Source of the DNA: Camelus dromedarius
Lineage: Eukaryota
Assembly (NCBI RefSeq): GCF_036321535.1
Contig: NC_087437.1
Coordinates: 27,654,001-27,718,000 of the forward strand
DNA length: 64,000 nucleotides
Direction of reading: 5' to 3'
In this document: positions 12,501 through 25,800 of the stretch, piece by piece
How the letters are laid out: the number at the start of each line of letters is the position of its first letter
Numbering within the stretch: the stretch's first letter is position 1
Translations under genes and position numbers: made by a program
The notes under the pieces: model-generated
Told to the model about the DNA's origin: nothing
Database searches by the model: none
Seen by the model: only the letters and a program-made list of their open reading frames with translations

Positions 12501-15500
12501 CATTTGAAGACATATCCTTTCCCGTCTGTTCCAGTTCAACTAGGTTATTTGACAAGTGGGTTTTGGTTACATCCCTCTACCTAAGAAATGAACGCCACGT
12601 TTGATGATACTGAAATTATGTGTTTGTTAAGTTTATCATATGTGAGTCTTTTCCTTTCTTGTTACTTTTTGCTGTCTCCTTTTTCTTCTCTCTAGGATTA
12701 ATGACATAGCCAATTTTTCCTCCGAGCTGACGGCGTGCTGCACTGTTCTCAGTTCAGAGTGGCTGGGAGTCCTGAAGGCTCTCTGCTGTTCTTCAAACCA
12801 CGTGTGGGGGTTTAATGACGTACTTTGCACTGTAGACGTAAGTTTTCTTTTTCATTTAAAAACTCCACTGTGCCATTATATATTTAGTTAGTGGGTACTT
12901 TTTAAAAATTGATTCTGACTTTAACTGAAATGGAGTAAAAATGGGTTTTTTCCTCCCAAAGCAATAAGCCGGGGTATGATTGCCAAGGATTAAGTAAATG
13001 AAAAAAAAAAAAAATCGAAGTAAATAGGATAGATAGCCTAATCTACAGCAGAGATGCCAAGAGTTTCCTTATTTGTTAGCTGAGATTTTCTTGTGTGTGG
13101 TCTCCTCAATGCTGTTTGTTTGTAGTTTTTACCGAGTGCTTTGGGTTCCTTGTGGCACAGGGCATAATTTAGCTAGAGTAGTTCACATTCTGAAGAGAAC
13201 CACTTTGTTGCTTTACGATGAAAAATCATCTAAGAGAATAGGTTCTGTCGTGCCGCATCAGGACGCGCAGGCTCAGGTGCAGAGCGGGGCCCAGGCTTCC
13301 TTGGTGACTGTGTCTGGAAGTGTATGAAGAGAGAGCGCGTATGTATCGCAGATTCCCTCAGCTGTCACGTTGCATCCATGGTGTGTGAATTTCTTAAAAG
13401 GTCATCTCGGTTCTTTTTTTCTGCCTGTCACTCCCACCGCTTCTTGGAGTTATTCGTGTTATATATTTGTATATCTCACGGATAAAAGAACTTTGTCCAT
13501 TTTAAAAACTGTCTACCAGTTGAAGGTTTAATTCCAGTTCTGGTGTCTCACGACCGGTGGACAAGCCTACTCCCTTCTGTGGGCACCTAAGATTTTATGT
13601 ATATGTAACACATGTGTGTGGCCTGCTTTTCCAGACAGAAAATGACCCCATTTTTATCTTTAACATGATTCCTTAACCTCTCAGTTGTTTTTTGTTTCCC
13701 TTTAACTCCGCTTTCCTCCCTCATCTGTAAAACTGAAATTAATAATAGTATGAACCTGACCGTGGTGTGCTATTAAATGAGGTGACCAACCTACTCACTG
13801 GCATACAGACGACTTAATGTGAAGGCTGCTGTTATAGCTGTTTTTCTCATTATTTTCTGCCAGAGTCTTGTGAGATCTGTAAAGCATAGAGGAATTAGTT
13901 TTCCACCTCTTTCTCTTCTCTTTCTTGCATTCTCTCTCTCTCACTTACCCTCCTTCGCTCTTTCCTCTTTAAATTTAGAGGTCGGGTGAAAATGTTCAAA
14001 GTTGTTTTTAAAACTAATTTAATTATGTTACAAAGTTGTTATTAGTTATTCCTGAAAGGAACTTCCAAAATGTGAATAGGGCTTGTTTTTCAATTAAAAG
14101 AACCTCTTTGTTTTCTCTCGCTTCCTAATGGTCCTACCCTGCAACGATAGATTATAGTGCATTCTGCTAAAAAGGTTTATTTATGCTACATCTTTTAGGG
14201 ATTTCTTGATTTTGCTTTTTTGTTGTTTTGTATTTCAGTGACATGTACTCAAGGTAAAGCTTAGCATCTTCCTGTAGCTTTGGGATGTGGGCAAACCTCA
14301 TTCTTTGTGTTACAAAGTAGAAAGAGGCCTAGAGGATGGTAATCATAAGTTATTTCACTCTGTTGGTTCGTTTTGGGAATTGCGATCTTATTGGTGTTGC
14401 CTACATTCTTTTAGATAATAATCTTAGATGTTACTGAAAAGGGTGTTAGGTATTAAAACGTGTCAATGTTTTTCTTGAAGGTGAGTGACCTTTCATTCCA
14501 TGATTCATTAGCTACTTTCATTGCTATTCTGATAGCACGACAGTGTTTCTCCCTGGAGGACGTCGTGCAGCACGTCGCTCTTCCCTCTCTCCTAGCCGCA
14601 GGTAAGGCTGCATCCAGGCGCGGCGGTGCTTGTTTGACTGTTGTCTGGTACAGTGGTTTCTAACTATTATGATGCAGTGAAAGTAGAATTTAAGGGGACT
14701 TGCATTGGGCAGTGATGTCACATCAAGGTAGAGATGGTAGAATTATAATAGCTGTTCCAGTGTTCCTATGGAAAAGGCTGGAAATGACTCTTAGTACCTG
14801 CTTTTAAGGAGGCACTTAGGTTCCTCGAGAAGCATGGCCAGTGCTGTGCCTTACTTTTTACCGTTAAGGAGCATTGATTTATTATTCCAGAATACGTAAA
14901 GTAACAGAAATGCTGAAGACACGTTCTTGGGTATGTTAGAAAACTCGCTCTTGAAATCCCTCTCTCCTAGCTTGCGGAGATGCGGACGCTGAGCCTGGGG
15001 CGAGAATGACATGCCGACTCCTGCTTCATCTCTTCCGAGCTCCCCAGGCCTGTCTGTTACCCCAGGCAACTGGTGAGCCGACAGCTGGAAAATCTTGGAT
15101 GTTGTTTTCATTTGGAGCTATAGGTTCTAAACTGACCGAGTGGGCCGTCCATTCTGTAATTTCCTTCCTGGTTTCGGTGGGCTTACTGCGAGGCAATGAG
15201 GGAATGGGGTTCTGCCACTGGGAGGGGCTGTCAGCACCTTTCACTTATGTAATGTCAGGATGTATTGAGAAACTCACAGCAAGAGTTAATACACAATAAA
15301 AATACCTCTGCTCTTCAGCCAAGCGGTGCTGGTGGGCAGCATGATCTTCCAGCAGGTCCTGTATGTGTTCTTAGGAACCACACCGTGGTGGCTTAGGGCA
15401 GTGGTGATTCATTTGTTCTTACTACTTAGGTAAAAGGAGTAAGGTAAGGATTCTAGGGGCGTTAGTGCAAGTCTGTTCCTAAGGATCATTTCTGTGTGTG

Positions 15501-16831
15501 TGTGAGACAGACAATCAGCAGAAGTGGTTAAAAGTCCTGCTAACTTTTTTTTTTTAAATACATCTCAAAAAGAGCAAAGCCATTGTCTTAACAAAGAAAA
15601 AGAAAAGGTTAAGTAAGGAGTACTTGGCAGTGTTTCTTAGTGGGTCCATGAAGCTTCAATTAAAGCTGGCTAATAGCAATTAAGCACCCACAGTCTAACA
15701 ATGAAAGGCCCTGCTGACTGTAAACGGTTACAAAAGATTGTTAATGATGGTGATGAGACTATTAAGGGTTTGTTGTTTTTCTCATAGGAAAGCCTTTCCC
15801 CGGAATAAGATCATCCTGTGACAGACACCTCTTGGCCGCTGCTCACAACAGCATTGAAGTGGGAGCTGTGTTTGCTGTCTTAAAAGCAATTATGATGCTT
15901 GGTAAGACTATCCTGGCACTCAGCTTGGTTAATCACCAGCAACTGAGGCAAAATAATTTGTATTCAGGTGTAACTCTGTATTAGTAGAAACTTTTTTGTT
16001 TGTTCTCCTGGAAAAATTGTTGGCTTTTTTCCAGGTTCATGTTCAGTTAGACTCGGAGGAGTCTGTCCCTTACCTGCAGTTCTGGGGGAATTTAAAAATA
16101 ATACTTTTTTGTGGCATTTTTAACTGCAGGACATCTCATTCTGATATAATATAGATCAGTAGACCCACAGGGTTGTTTTGATTTCATTTATTGATGGAAG
16201 TCACACTTTGTGATGGACACAGTTGACTTGGTAATCTATTTAAAGGTTTAAATTTCATATTATAGTCCAAGAGTAGAACACCAGAAAATCCAGGTTTTGA
16301 CCTTAGTTTTTCTGCTTCCATCGTGACCCAGAACAAGTTTATATCTGCCTGCCTTTTTTTTTTTTTTCCGTGAATCAGGTGGTAATTGTAGTGATACTGA
16401 TACTGTTGATAAATCAATATTAAATTATCACAACTTCATTTTCATTTAATTTATAATATCTAAGGCATCTTGTATCTTTATTGATATAAATTCTCCTAGA
16501 ATTTTCTGTTCATTTACAGTGCAGTACCTTAAGATACTTCTTTTCTGTAGATTATTTATGATTTGAAAGATTAGGAAGCCTTGAATTCACATTGTCTAAT
16601 TTCAACTTTGGGTACCCTCTTTTGGTCTTGACTAAATGAAAGTTATTTCATGTTCCAAGGAGCCCCCTTTGATTAGAACTGCAATTACTGAGGGGATAGG
16701 AATTGTTTCAGATGAGTCTTAAACGTGTTTGAGAACACACCCTGACCCTTTCCGCTCCTCCTTGAAAAGTGTTATTTGGTGATGAGGAAGGGCAACAGGG
16801 TTTTCATAAAACAAACTATTAAAAGTTGACC

Positions 16832-16882
<51 letters not shown>

Positions 16883-19800
16883 CTTTTGAAATGTCCGTGG
16901 ACTTTGTAGTAGAAGGGGACAGGCAGAGCCATGTGGAGGGCCACACCCTCCCTGCTGAGCTCAGGAGCAGGGGCTTGTGGTGGTCTACAGCCGACATCAA
17001 ATGCTCGTTTCACTAAGATTGCTCTGCTCTGATTATGTTTGAAAGGAAAGCTGGCTGGTCAATTCTATTTAAAAATAAATGTATGGACCTTGAAGTCAGG
17101 GACTCACTTTTTTACTGCAGTATCTCTGATGGCCATTAGAGAAACTAAATGGTAGGTTTTTACTAAGCTCATGTTGGAAGTGTGAATGCATAAGTGATAA
17201 CCATTTTAATGGCAGAATCCAAGATGCGTACCATCTAGACATTATCCCCTTGATTTGTAGGTCTGGTCCAATCCCAAGTAAAATTTGCCAACCTCATTAA
17301 ATATCCAAATAACTGTATTTTAATATCCATGCATAGTCACCAGTGTTTTTTCTTTGATTGCCTTCCCTTGACTTTCTAATTGGCCTCAGTCTTGGTAGAC
17401 TCTATAATAGCTTCCTTAGTGATGGGGGGTTCTTCAGGTCTGAGAAGTCAGGAGCAGGCTTGCTGAATGTCAGCAGAGCCTTGAATGAGGCAGCCACTGA
17501 ACACTGTATTTCTTGTATTGTCTCTGCGATTGCAGAAGTTTCTGGCACAGCCTTCCAGACCTTCTCTGTCATCCTAACAGCTAAACTGAATGAGGATCTC
17601 CTAGACTGGCAGAAGTGTTTGTTTCTTTGTTTTTGTTTTTACAATTGTATTAACCTCACCATGTCCTTATCCATGTTCCCTCAAGTCCTGTCCGCTGGGA
17701 TCTATTTTGAGTTAGAGAGATAGAGCTGTTTTATAGAATTTGGTTTCTAATTTCTGTAGTAGTTTAACTTAAGGTGTAGAAATAGTTGTTTATATCACCT
17801 AAGATTGGAAAAGTCATGCTAAATGTTGGTACGTGTAGAATTTGGCCTTTGTTTCAGCTCTATTGAATTAAATAAACTTCTGTGAGTCAAGTGAGCTTGG
17901 TACTTATTGTATGAATATTTGAATGAGAAAGGTATGATTATACGTAACAAGATATCAATGAGTTGAAATGTATTGTTTATTCCTTCCCTTCTCCTATGAT
18001 TTTATAATACTCACTAAGCAATTCTGATTTTTTGAAATTTTTTCAGCAGGGTCAAAACTTTTTCTTGGTTGACCTGTGGGTTTTAAAAGGCTTTTTGCAC
18101 TGACCTGGGCTTGGTTTCACTTACAGTGAAGCGCTGAGGGCCTTGTCTAAACTCATTTGTTGGTTTCAGAAAATTTTCCTGTTCTATGCTCATGATTCTG
18201 TGGGTGAACAGACAAGACTTTGGAGGCTCTGTTGCCATTTGGCAATCTTTATTATCAAATTCTATTATTTTCTCCCTTTTAAAATATGGCAATTATTTGT
18301 CTTTCATGGCTAGAGAAGATTTCTTCTTTCTAGCTATTCAACCATTCTGCTCAGTTCCCCTCTCCCCACCCCCAGAACTTTGTTATGAGGAAAACACTTT
18401 CCTTAGCTTCATTTTACTGAATATGTTAGAGATTAATCAGCTGAGGTTTTCTAATTTGGATGTATATGGAGAGGAAAGTGAAAGGCATGGGTTATTCAAT
18501 AAATGCCCTATTTTCCAGGGCTTCCTTAGTATGCATTGCCCTTTTCCATCCCCAGGGAAATAAATCTCTCTTGTCAAGAAGTTGATAGTAAGGTGGGCTA
18601 AGGCAAAACTTTTCTCTTGACCTATGGATAGAAAATAAGTCATTGTAAGAGAAGAAATGGAAAAGGGACATCTAGAAGGGTGAGTAACCCATTTTTTTCC
18701 TTGTCTATAAGTCAAATGAATTTGAATACATTCGTGCTTGAAATATTGGTGAAATCCATGTTCTGTGATTATTAAGTGTGATTCCTAATGGCCTTTCCAA
18801 GTTTGGTGAAAGCATACTTAATTCTGTAAATAAAATAAAGAATGAGTCTTGAACGTGCTTTTTCTTTCCCCCTCATGTCTGGTGAAACTTCTCTGCGTTC
18901 TAGCATTGACTCTCCTGATCCATTCTCTCTATTGCTGAACATCTGGCTGTGAAATGATGATCCCATTCACATGTTTTAAATCCCTGAATGCTTGGCTCGT
19001 TTATTTTCCAAATATCTGGCAATATTTTGAACTTCTGTGATTTTGCTTTTGTGATTCTGTTATTTAGGAGATGCCAAAATTGGCAATAACAGTGTCAGCT
19101 CTATAAAGAATGACGACTTTGCTGTGAGGGGTTTACGACGGGATGGGAATGCTGATGACATCTGGGCTGCCTCGCAAAATTCAAAATCCTGCGGGAAAAG
19201 CATTTCCATAGAAACTGCCAATTTACGAGAATATGCTCGATATGTACTGAGGACTATCTGTCAACAGGTACGCTTCAGATTTAACTTGCCTTTGACTTTG
19301 GCTGTGTAACTGTTCTTTTGGAGAGAGAGGCCCAGTATAGTAGGAAACTTGTACATAGATGGTTCTCTTTTTCCTGCTAACTTTGTTTTGAAATAATTTC
19401 AAATTTGCTGAAAAGCTGTCATCATGATAAATGGCTCTAGTATACCCTTTAAACACTCATTTTTTTTTGCATATTACTATATCTGCTTTATAATTCTATT
19501 TTTGTGTGTAAATGTGGATGCGTATACTTAAAACATTTTTTGTTGTTGTTGAACCTTTGGAGATTATGTGAGATACATTATTCTACTTTACTTTTCAATA
19601 CTTCCTCCTTTATTGATTAATATAAGCAAAATACAGTTATCAGGAATCAGGATATTTAGTATTGGTGCTGTAAATTTTTTCTCACCTATGGGCCGCATTC
19701 CAATTTTGTCAGTTTCCCAGTAATGTTGGATTTGTCTGAAGTTTCCTGTAAATTAGCTTCAGATTATGCATTCCTGGCCTAGATACCCCAGAAACAGGCT

Positions 19801-22800
19801 GTGTTCTTCTCCGGTAATCACATGCGAAGGCACGTGATGTCTATTTGCACCTCAGTGGTGATGTTAATTTTGATCAAGCTGTCTCCATTGAGTGGTTTTT
19901 TGATTTTTCTGTTGTATAGTTATTATTTTTTCCCTTGCAATTAATAAATAATTTTAGGGAGACAACTTTGAGACAATGCCAAGTTTTCTGCTCCTCATCA
20001 AACTCCCCCACCTCCCACATAGCATCCATTTGATTCTTGTCCAAACCAGTCTTTACGGTGATGGTTGCAAAATGACTTTTCCGAGCTCCTCTGTTCCCTC
20101 CACATTTTTGAGTTTGCATTCTACTCTCAGGTAGAATCTACCCTCTCCCTCCCTCCCTGCCATTCCCCTTCCTCCTTTCCTTCTGTTCATTTGTTTTCTG
20201 TATAGATCGTAATATACTGTCCTTAGATATTTTCATGTTCAAGTTGTCCCAGATTTGTTCAGTGTATGAATCTTTTCATGCTGGCTTTTGTGTTATTTTG
20301 ACATACATCTCCCCGCCCCCACCCCCACCCCCGCGTCTTTTTTTGAGTAACAAGTATTTTCTACTTTCTGGCCTGTCTTGTACTTTCCCGGTACCGAACC
20401 TGGAATTACTCATTCCTTCATGGAACTCTGGTTCCATGTAGTAGAGGATGGTATTTGAAAACCAAGATCTGGGCACTGTGTGCTTATTGCTGTGGGCAAT
20501 GTGTGGGCAATTGCTTCTAGGCCCTTTCAGCAGGAAGAGCTAGGGAAAAAAAAATCCATCTGCATAATTGTGTGTGTGTATAATCATGAGTTTATACTGA
20601 TACCACCAATGTCAATCAAAATGCACAGATTTTTGTTTGCATTCCCCCATTCCATATTATTAATTCCATATTAATTACTGCCTTCTTCCACAGTAAGAAC
20701 CCTGGCTACCAGTAACATCAGCCATTTGCTCTTTTGTGGAATTCTGCAGTACACTTGAAGTAGTTTCAGGATTACTGCACCCACACCACTGTGAAAAACA
20801 AACCTACTGCAAGAAGTTGAGGATTTGTTTGCAGTTCTGTTTTCCCTAAGGGTTTACAGAATTGTGTTTAAAAGTTCTTAGACTTTTCTCCTTCATTGTG
20901 GATGTGTTATTCACTTGAAATAGAATTGATTTCATTTATATCTATATGCATTCAGTTTAGATTTCTTTTTCTACCCTGGCTCTGTTTTTAGAATAACGTA
21001 CTTCCAAGAGTCAGCTAGCAACAAGGTGTACTCAGAGATGCACGCCTCCCTCCCTTAATTTTTCTACCCTGTGTCCTCCCTGCTCTAGGTGATTGAGTCC
21101 ATTATTTTCTGGTTTATCTTTCCATTTTGTAGAAATTCTCCTTCTTTATTAAAAAAAAGATACACCATATATACTCTTTTTCACTTTGCTGTAGACATAA
21201 TGTTGACAGGGTCATGTTTTTATTAAGGGTAATTGTAACCATGGTAAACGTTAGCTATTAGTCATATAGATATTGAGAATATACTGAGTTGTGCCTTGGT
21301 TTCTAACTGTGGATGCACACTAGAGTCACTTGGGGAGTTTTAAGAAAATTTGATGCCTAAAATATTACTGGTGTCTGGGTGACATTACCTGAGATTGATT
21401 TAATTGCTCTGGTATGGGGCTGGAGCTTTGGAATTTTAACAAGCTCCCCAGATGATTTTAATGGACAGCCAGCATTGAGCCATTGGTGTAGTAGTTAAGC
21501 AGGTTTCATCTGAAATAGATCTGGGTTCAAATTTGGCTCTGGTACTGTTAGTGATTTTTTACCCCATTTAGTACAAGAGTTTGCCTTTGAAAAAATGGTA
21601 GAGAATAGCTGGTAGAAGTTTGGATTGGTGGAAACTCCAGAGGTCAGTTAGCCATATGCATCAGTAGCCTTAAATTTTTGCTCTCCTCCTTTACCCAGCA
21701 ACTGCGTTTCTATGAAATTATCCTAAGTAAATAATTGTACAGAGAATAGATGTGCACACATAGTTATTTATAACAGTAACATTATTCATTATGGCATCCA
21801 AAAGAAAGATAATTTTATAAATGCTATGCTGTGTTCTGTTTCTTCAGTGGAATATATTATAATGCATCATAAAAATGATGAAAACATATTATAATATAGA
21901 ATCATTCTTGTTATATAGCAAGTTTAAAGAATGATTACAAAACAGTACTTAAAGCAAGGCCCCATTCTCCAACTGAAAACACATACCAGTATTTTCTTTA
22001 CTTAGCTTTCTTTTCTTTTTTTCCGGCACATTTCTTTTTTTGCATTCCTTATTTAAAATTTTCTGTAACCATGGTTCCACTTTGTATTTTTAAGATGTCA
22101 AAATGCTAGAAAATTGGTCTGTAAGTCTGTTCCCTCCTACTTTTTTCATCTAATATTTTTTTTAATGGGAAGATTCCTGCCCGCTTTATTGTGCACCATG
22201 ACTTTAGTACATGTTACATACACGGATAGTCTCTGCCTGTCGGTCTCACTGCTGTGTTATTTTCAGGAATGGGTAGGAGAACACTGCTTAAAAGAACCTG
22301 AAAGATTATGCACAGACAAAGAACTTATCTTGGACCCTGTGCTCTCAAATATGCAAGCACAGAAATTATTGCAGCTTATCTGTTATCCTCATGGCATTAA
22401 AGAATGTACAGAGGGGGACAACCTACAAAGACAGCACATTAAACGTATTCTTCAGGTGAGTGATAATCTAAAAGATTGTATTTTTTCTCATTTGACACAT
22501 TTTTCTGTGGTTATAACCAGAGTTATATGTGTCACTGTTAACTAATTCTTAAAGTCAGAATTAATTGAAGTTTAGAACTCCCAATTTTTTGTGTAATTGC
22601 CATGTTTTATTGCTGGCTAGATATACATGCTGCAAATTGTATACAATCATTGTATAAGTATTGGTATTTTAACTCAGTGCTGTATTTACATGAGAAATAA
22701 GCTTTGTAGGGGACTGTCTTAAATACATTATTAAAAAATACTGAAATCATTTTGTAATGGGATTAGTTAGATAACTTTTGGGAGAAATGCTTGTCTTCTT

Positions 22801-25800
22801 TCTTTCCCGTGCCTAACTGAGTGAGGCACATTATTTTAATATTGCTATTTATTTCTTTGTGTCTATAATGAATCTCTGTAAGAGACTTGGAAGCCTTTTG
22901 ATTTATATAAATCCTTTGTGTGGAATTATTCTGTTTTTTGAGAGAGGGAAAACTGCAAGGAATTATTAGATTTTAAGATATATTCAATATTTTTAATGTG
23001 TTAACTCCATTTTCCCCAGAATCTTGAGCAGTGGACACTGAGGCAGTCTTGGCTGGAACTTCAATTAATGATCAAACAGTGTTTGAAGGACCCTGTGAGT
23101 ACATATTGAAAGCATGTATGTCTATCAAATTTTATGAAAAGCTAAACCACATTTGAGGGCAGCATAAAACACATGCACACTGGTTTTCTTACGTCCAACT
23201 CCAGGGCTCTGGTTCGGTGGCTGAAATGAACAACCTGCTGGACAACATTGCAAAGGCGACAATAGAGGTATTCCAGCAGTCCGCCGACTTGAACAATAAC
23301 TCTCCTAATTCGGGTATGGGCCTCTTCAACCCAAACGGGATTGGAAGTGCTGATACAGGCAGCACGAGACAGAATGGGATAAAGACATTCCTAAGGTATT
23401 TTTTTCTGTAGTTTTATATTGCTGTCATTAATTTTTCACATGTAACTGTACCTTTTATTTGCACAAAGCAGTTTTTCATAAAGCTGCAGGAATGTGGAGA
23501 AAATAATTACTTGCAAGTGTTGATTGTCATTATTTAATATGTTAAAGGGTCGTGCTGCTGAGGTGGGTGATGTCTTGGCGTTGGGGATATTAAGTCAATC
23601 AGGCCCAGACTCCTTGGAACCACAGAGGGCATCTGGGATGGATGAATTTCTCTGCTGTCCCTTGAGGCTACTCTATTCCATGGCATTCATTATGTAGGAA
23701 ACACTCTTTCTGCCGTCTTTATTAATTGGCAGTTTTGCTCAAATGATAATCACGAAAGGCAGATTGACTTGTATTTCATCATTTTGGTATAAAGTGTAAC
23801 GAATGGATTTTAAAATTTGGAAAATTGGTTATTAACATGCTTAAGCATAATCAGAACATTTCCTATTTTAACCATGACAGAAAAGCGTATTACTCTTTGG
23901 ACAAAAGGACTGTCACTGCTCAGAAAGCCAGAACCGTGGAAAAACACTTTTATAGATTATAAAAAAAGTTTAGTGACAGTATCCTCTCGGCACCCCACCT
24001 TTTATTGCTCTCCGTCAGTGACTGAAAATTGTGTGCAAGTGTCTGGTATTTGGATAGAGGAAAGATCGTGTAGAAATAAAAGAGAAGAATTTAGACTAAT
24101 CGGTGTGTCTTGTGCATCAAAGTTACGCTTTGGAGTTTCCGGTGGAACTGCGAGAGCAGGGAGAAGAGGATGCCTCCTTGGGAATAACACCTGTTTCTGA
24201 TTTTAGTTCCTCCGAACGCAGGGGCGTGTGGCTGGTGGCCCCCCTAATTGCCAGGCTGCCGACCTCTGTGCAAGGAAGGGTGTTGAAAGCCGCTGGGGAG
24301 GAGCTGGAGAAGGGACAGCACTTGGGTTCTTCCTCAAAAAAGGAACGAGACAGACAAAAACAGAAAAGGTATGGCTGGAAGGTGTACTTCTATGTGAGGG
24401 TTTAAAGAGCAGTTGAGAAAATCCAAAATCCTACAGACATCCACGCTCATTGTACAGAGTCCACAGAAATTTCATCTTTAAATAGAATTGAAAATATTCT
24501 GTTAGGCAAGGCTCTGTTCCTAAGAGATTCCAGATGATCATATTTTGTACACGAGTTCTCAGCCCTGCCCAGATACCCCAATTACACTGACGAACTGTTA
24601 AAAATCCTGACTTTTCAGCCCCACTTGCTGAATCAGATCTGGATCTCCCCTTGGTCCCTGTATTCAACAGTTAATTTTTTTTCTTATTATTTAAGTATTT
24701 ATGTTGAAAGCCATAGAATTATTTATAATTCTGTCATGCTGGGCCCTGAAATAGTTACTAATATTTTTAATGTTTCCGGCTCTTGTTCTAGACTAGATAC
24801 TAACTTATAAGCCTTCAAGTTTAATGTTTTCTTAAGTTTATGCCCCAGGAAAGGTTTCAGATAATTATACTGGAAAACTGACCACGTAACAAGAAGGAGC
24901 AGAAGCACACTCTAATGTGAAAGCATAATGGATTTAGCACCCCAGGAGTGGAAGGATATAATGATACTTCCTAACGTGGAAAAACAAAAGCTCTGAACAT
25001 CCAAGTGTCTTGTCCCCTAATCACTCATAATTTAGGAGCTGCTATTTACGGAGCCCTCATGAAATGCCAGCCCCTGTATAAAACTCATGTACCTACATGA
25101 ACTTTTAAAGTCTCACAGCAGTCATATGTGGTGGGTGCTCATTATGTCCTTTTTATAGATGAATAAACTGAGGCACTGAAAGATTAAGTAAATTTCTCAA
25201 GGACATGCAGCTAAGGAGATATAAAGCTAGGGTTTAAACCCCAGTGGTCTGGCCTCTGAATCTGCCCTCTTAATTAAAATACATTTTGATATTGACCTAG
25301 TTTTGTATGTATGTTGTTTAATATCTGGTTGTTTCATCATTGTTGCCTGTATTTATTAACCAACCAGATGACTCAATTTTAGTTCTCAAAGTTTATGATG
25401 CTATGTCTGTTGCCTCACTTCCCACGGCGGGGACAGACGGTATTGCAGAGTTTAAAGATGTCTCTTCCCAGGTCAGCCTCTCTCTGTTCTGCTGGTGGAA
25501 GATGAAGCAGATTGAAATATTCTGATCTTGATCTCATTTTAAGAAATTTTTATTTCCAGCGTAGCAAAGTTAGTCAGTGTGATTTGTCAGTTGTTTCTGA
25601 TCATTGAAGAAATAATACTAAAATGCCAATTTTTAAAATGGAGTTTTTTAACCAAATGTCTTCAAACTCTTTTACAAGTCAAGTCCGTGGGATGTGGCGG
25701 AGCTGCGCCCTAGAGGACACTAGCAAGCCTGCTGTTTCTGGAGCCCTCAGACCTGGTGCTAATCTTAGCTCTGCCCATGCCTGCTATTTGGTCCTGAGAA

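Noticed and set aside
24103..24206. In-frame open extension upstream of exon 14 (ORF 24103-24405)
   Set aside because: There is no convincing upstream polypyrimidine/AG acceptor. Chance stop-free intron sequence explains it. The same applies to extensions at 22114, 38810 and 49709.
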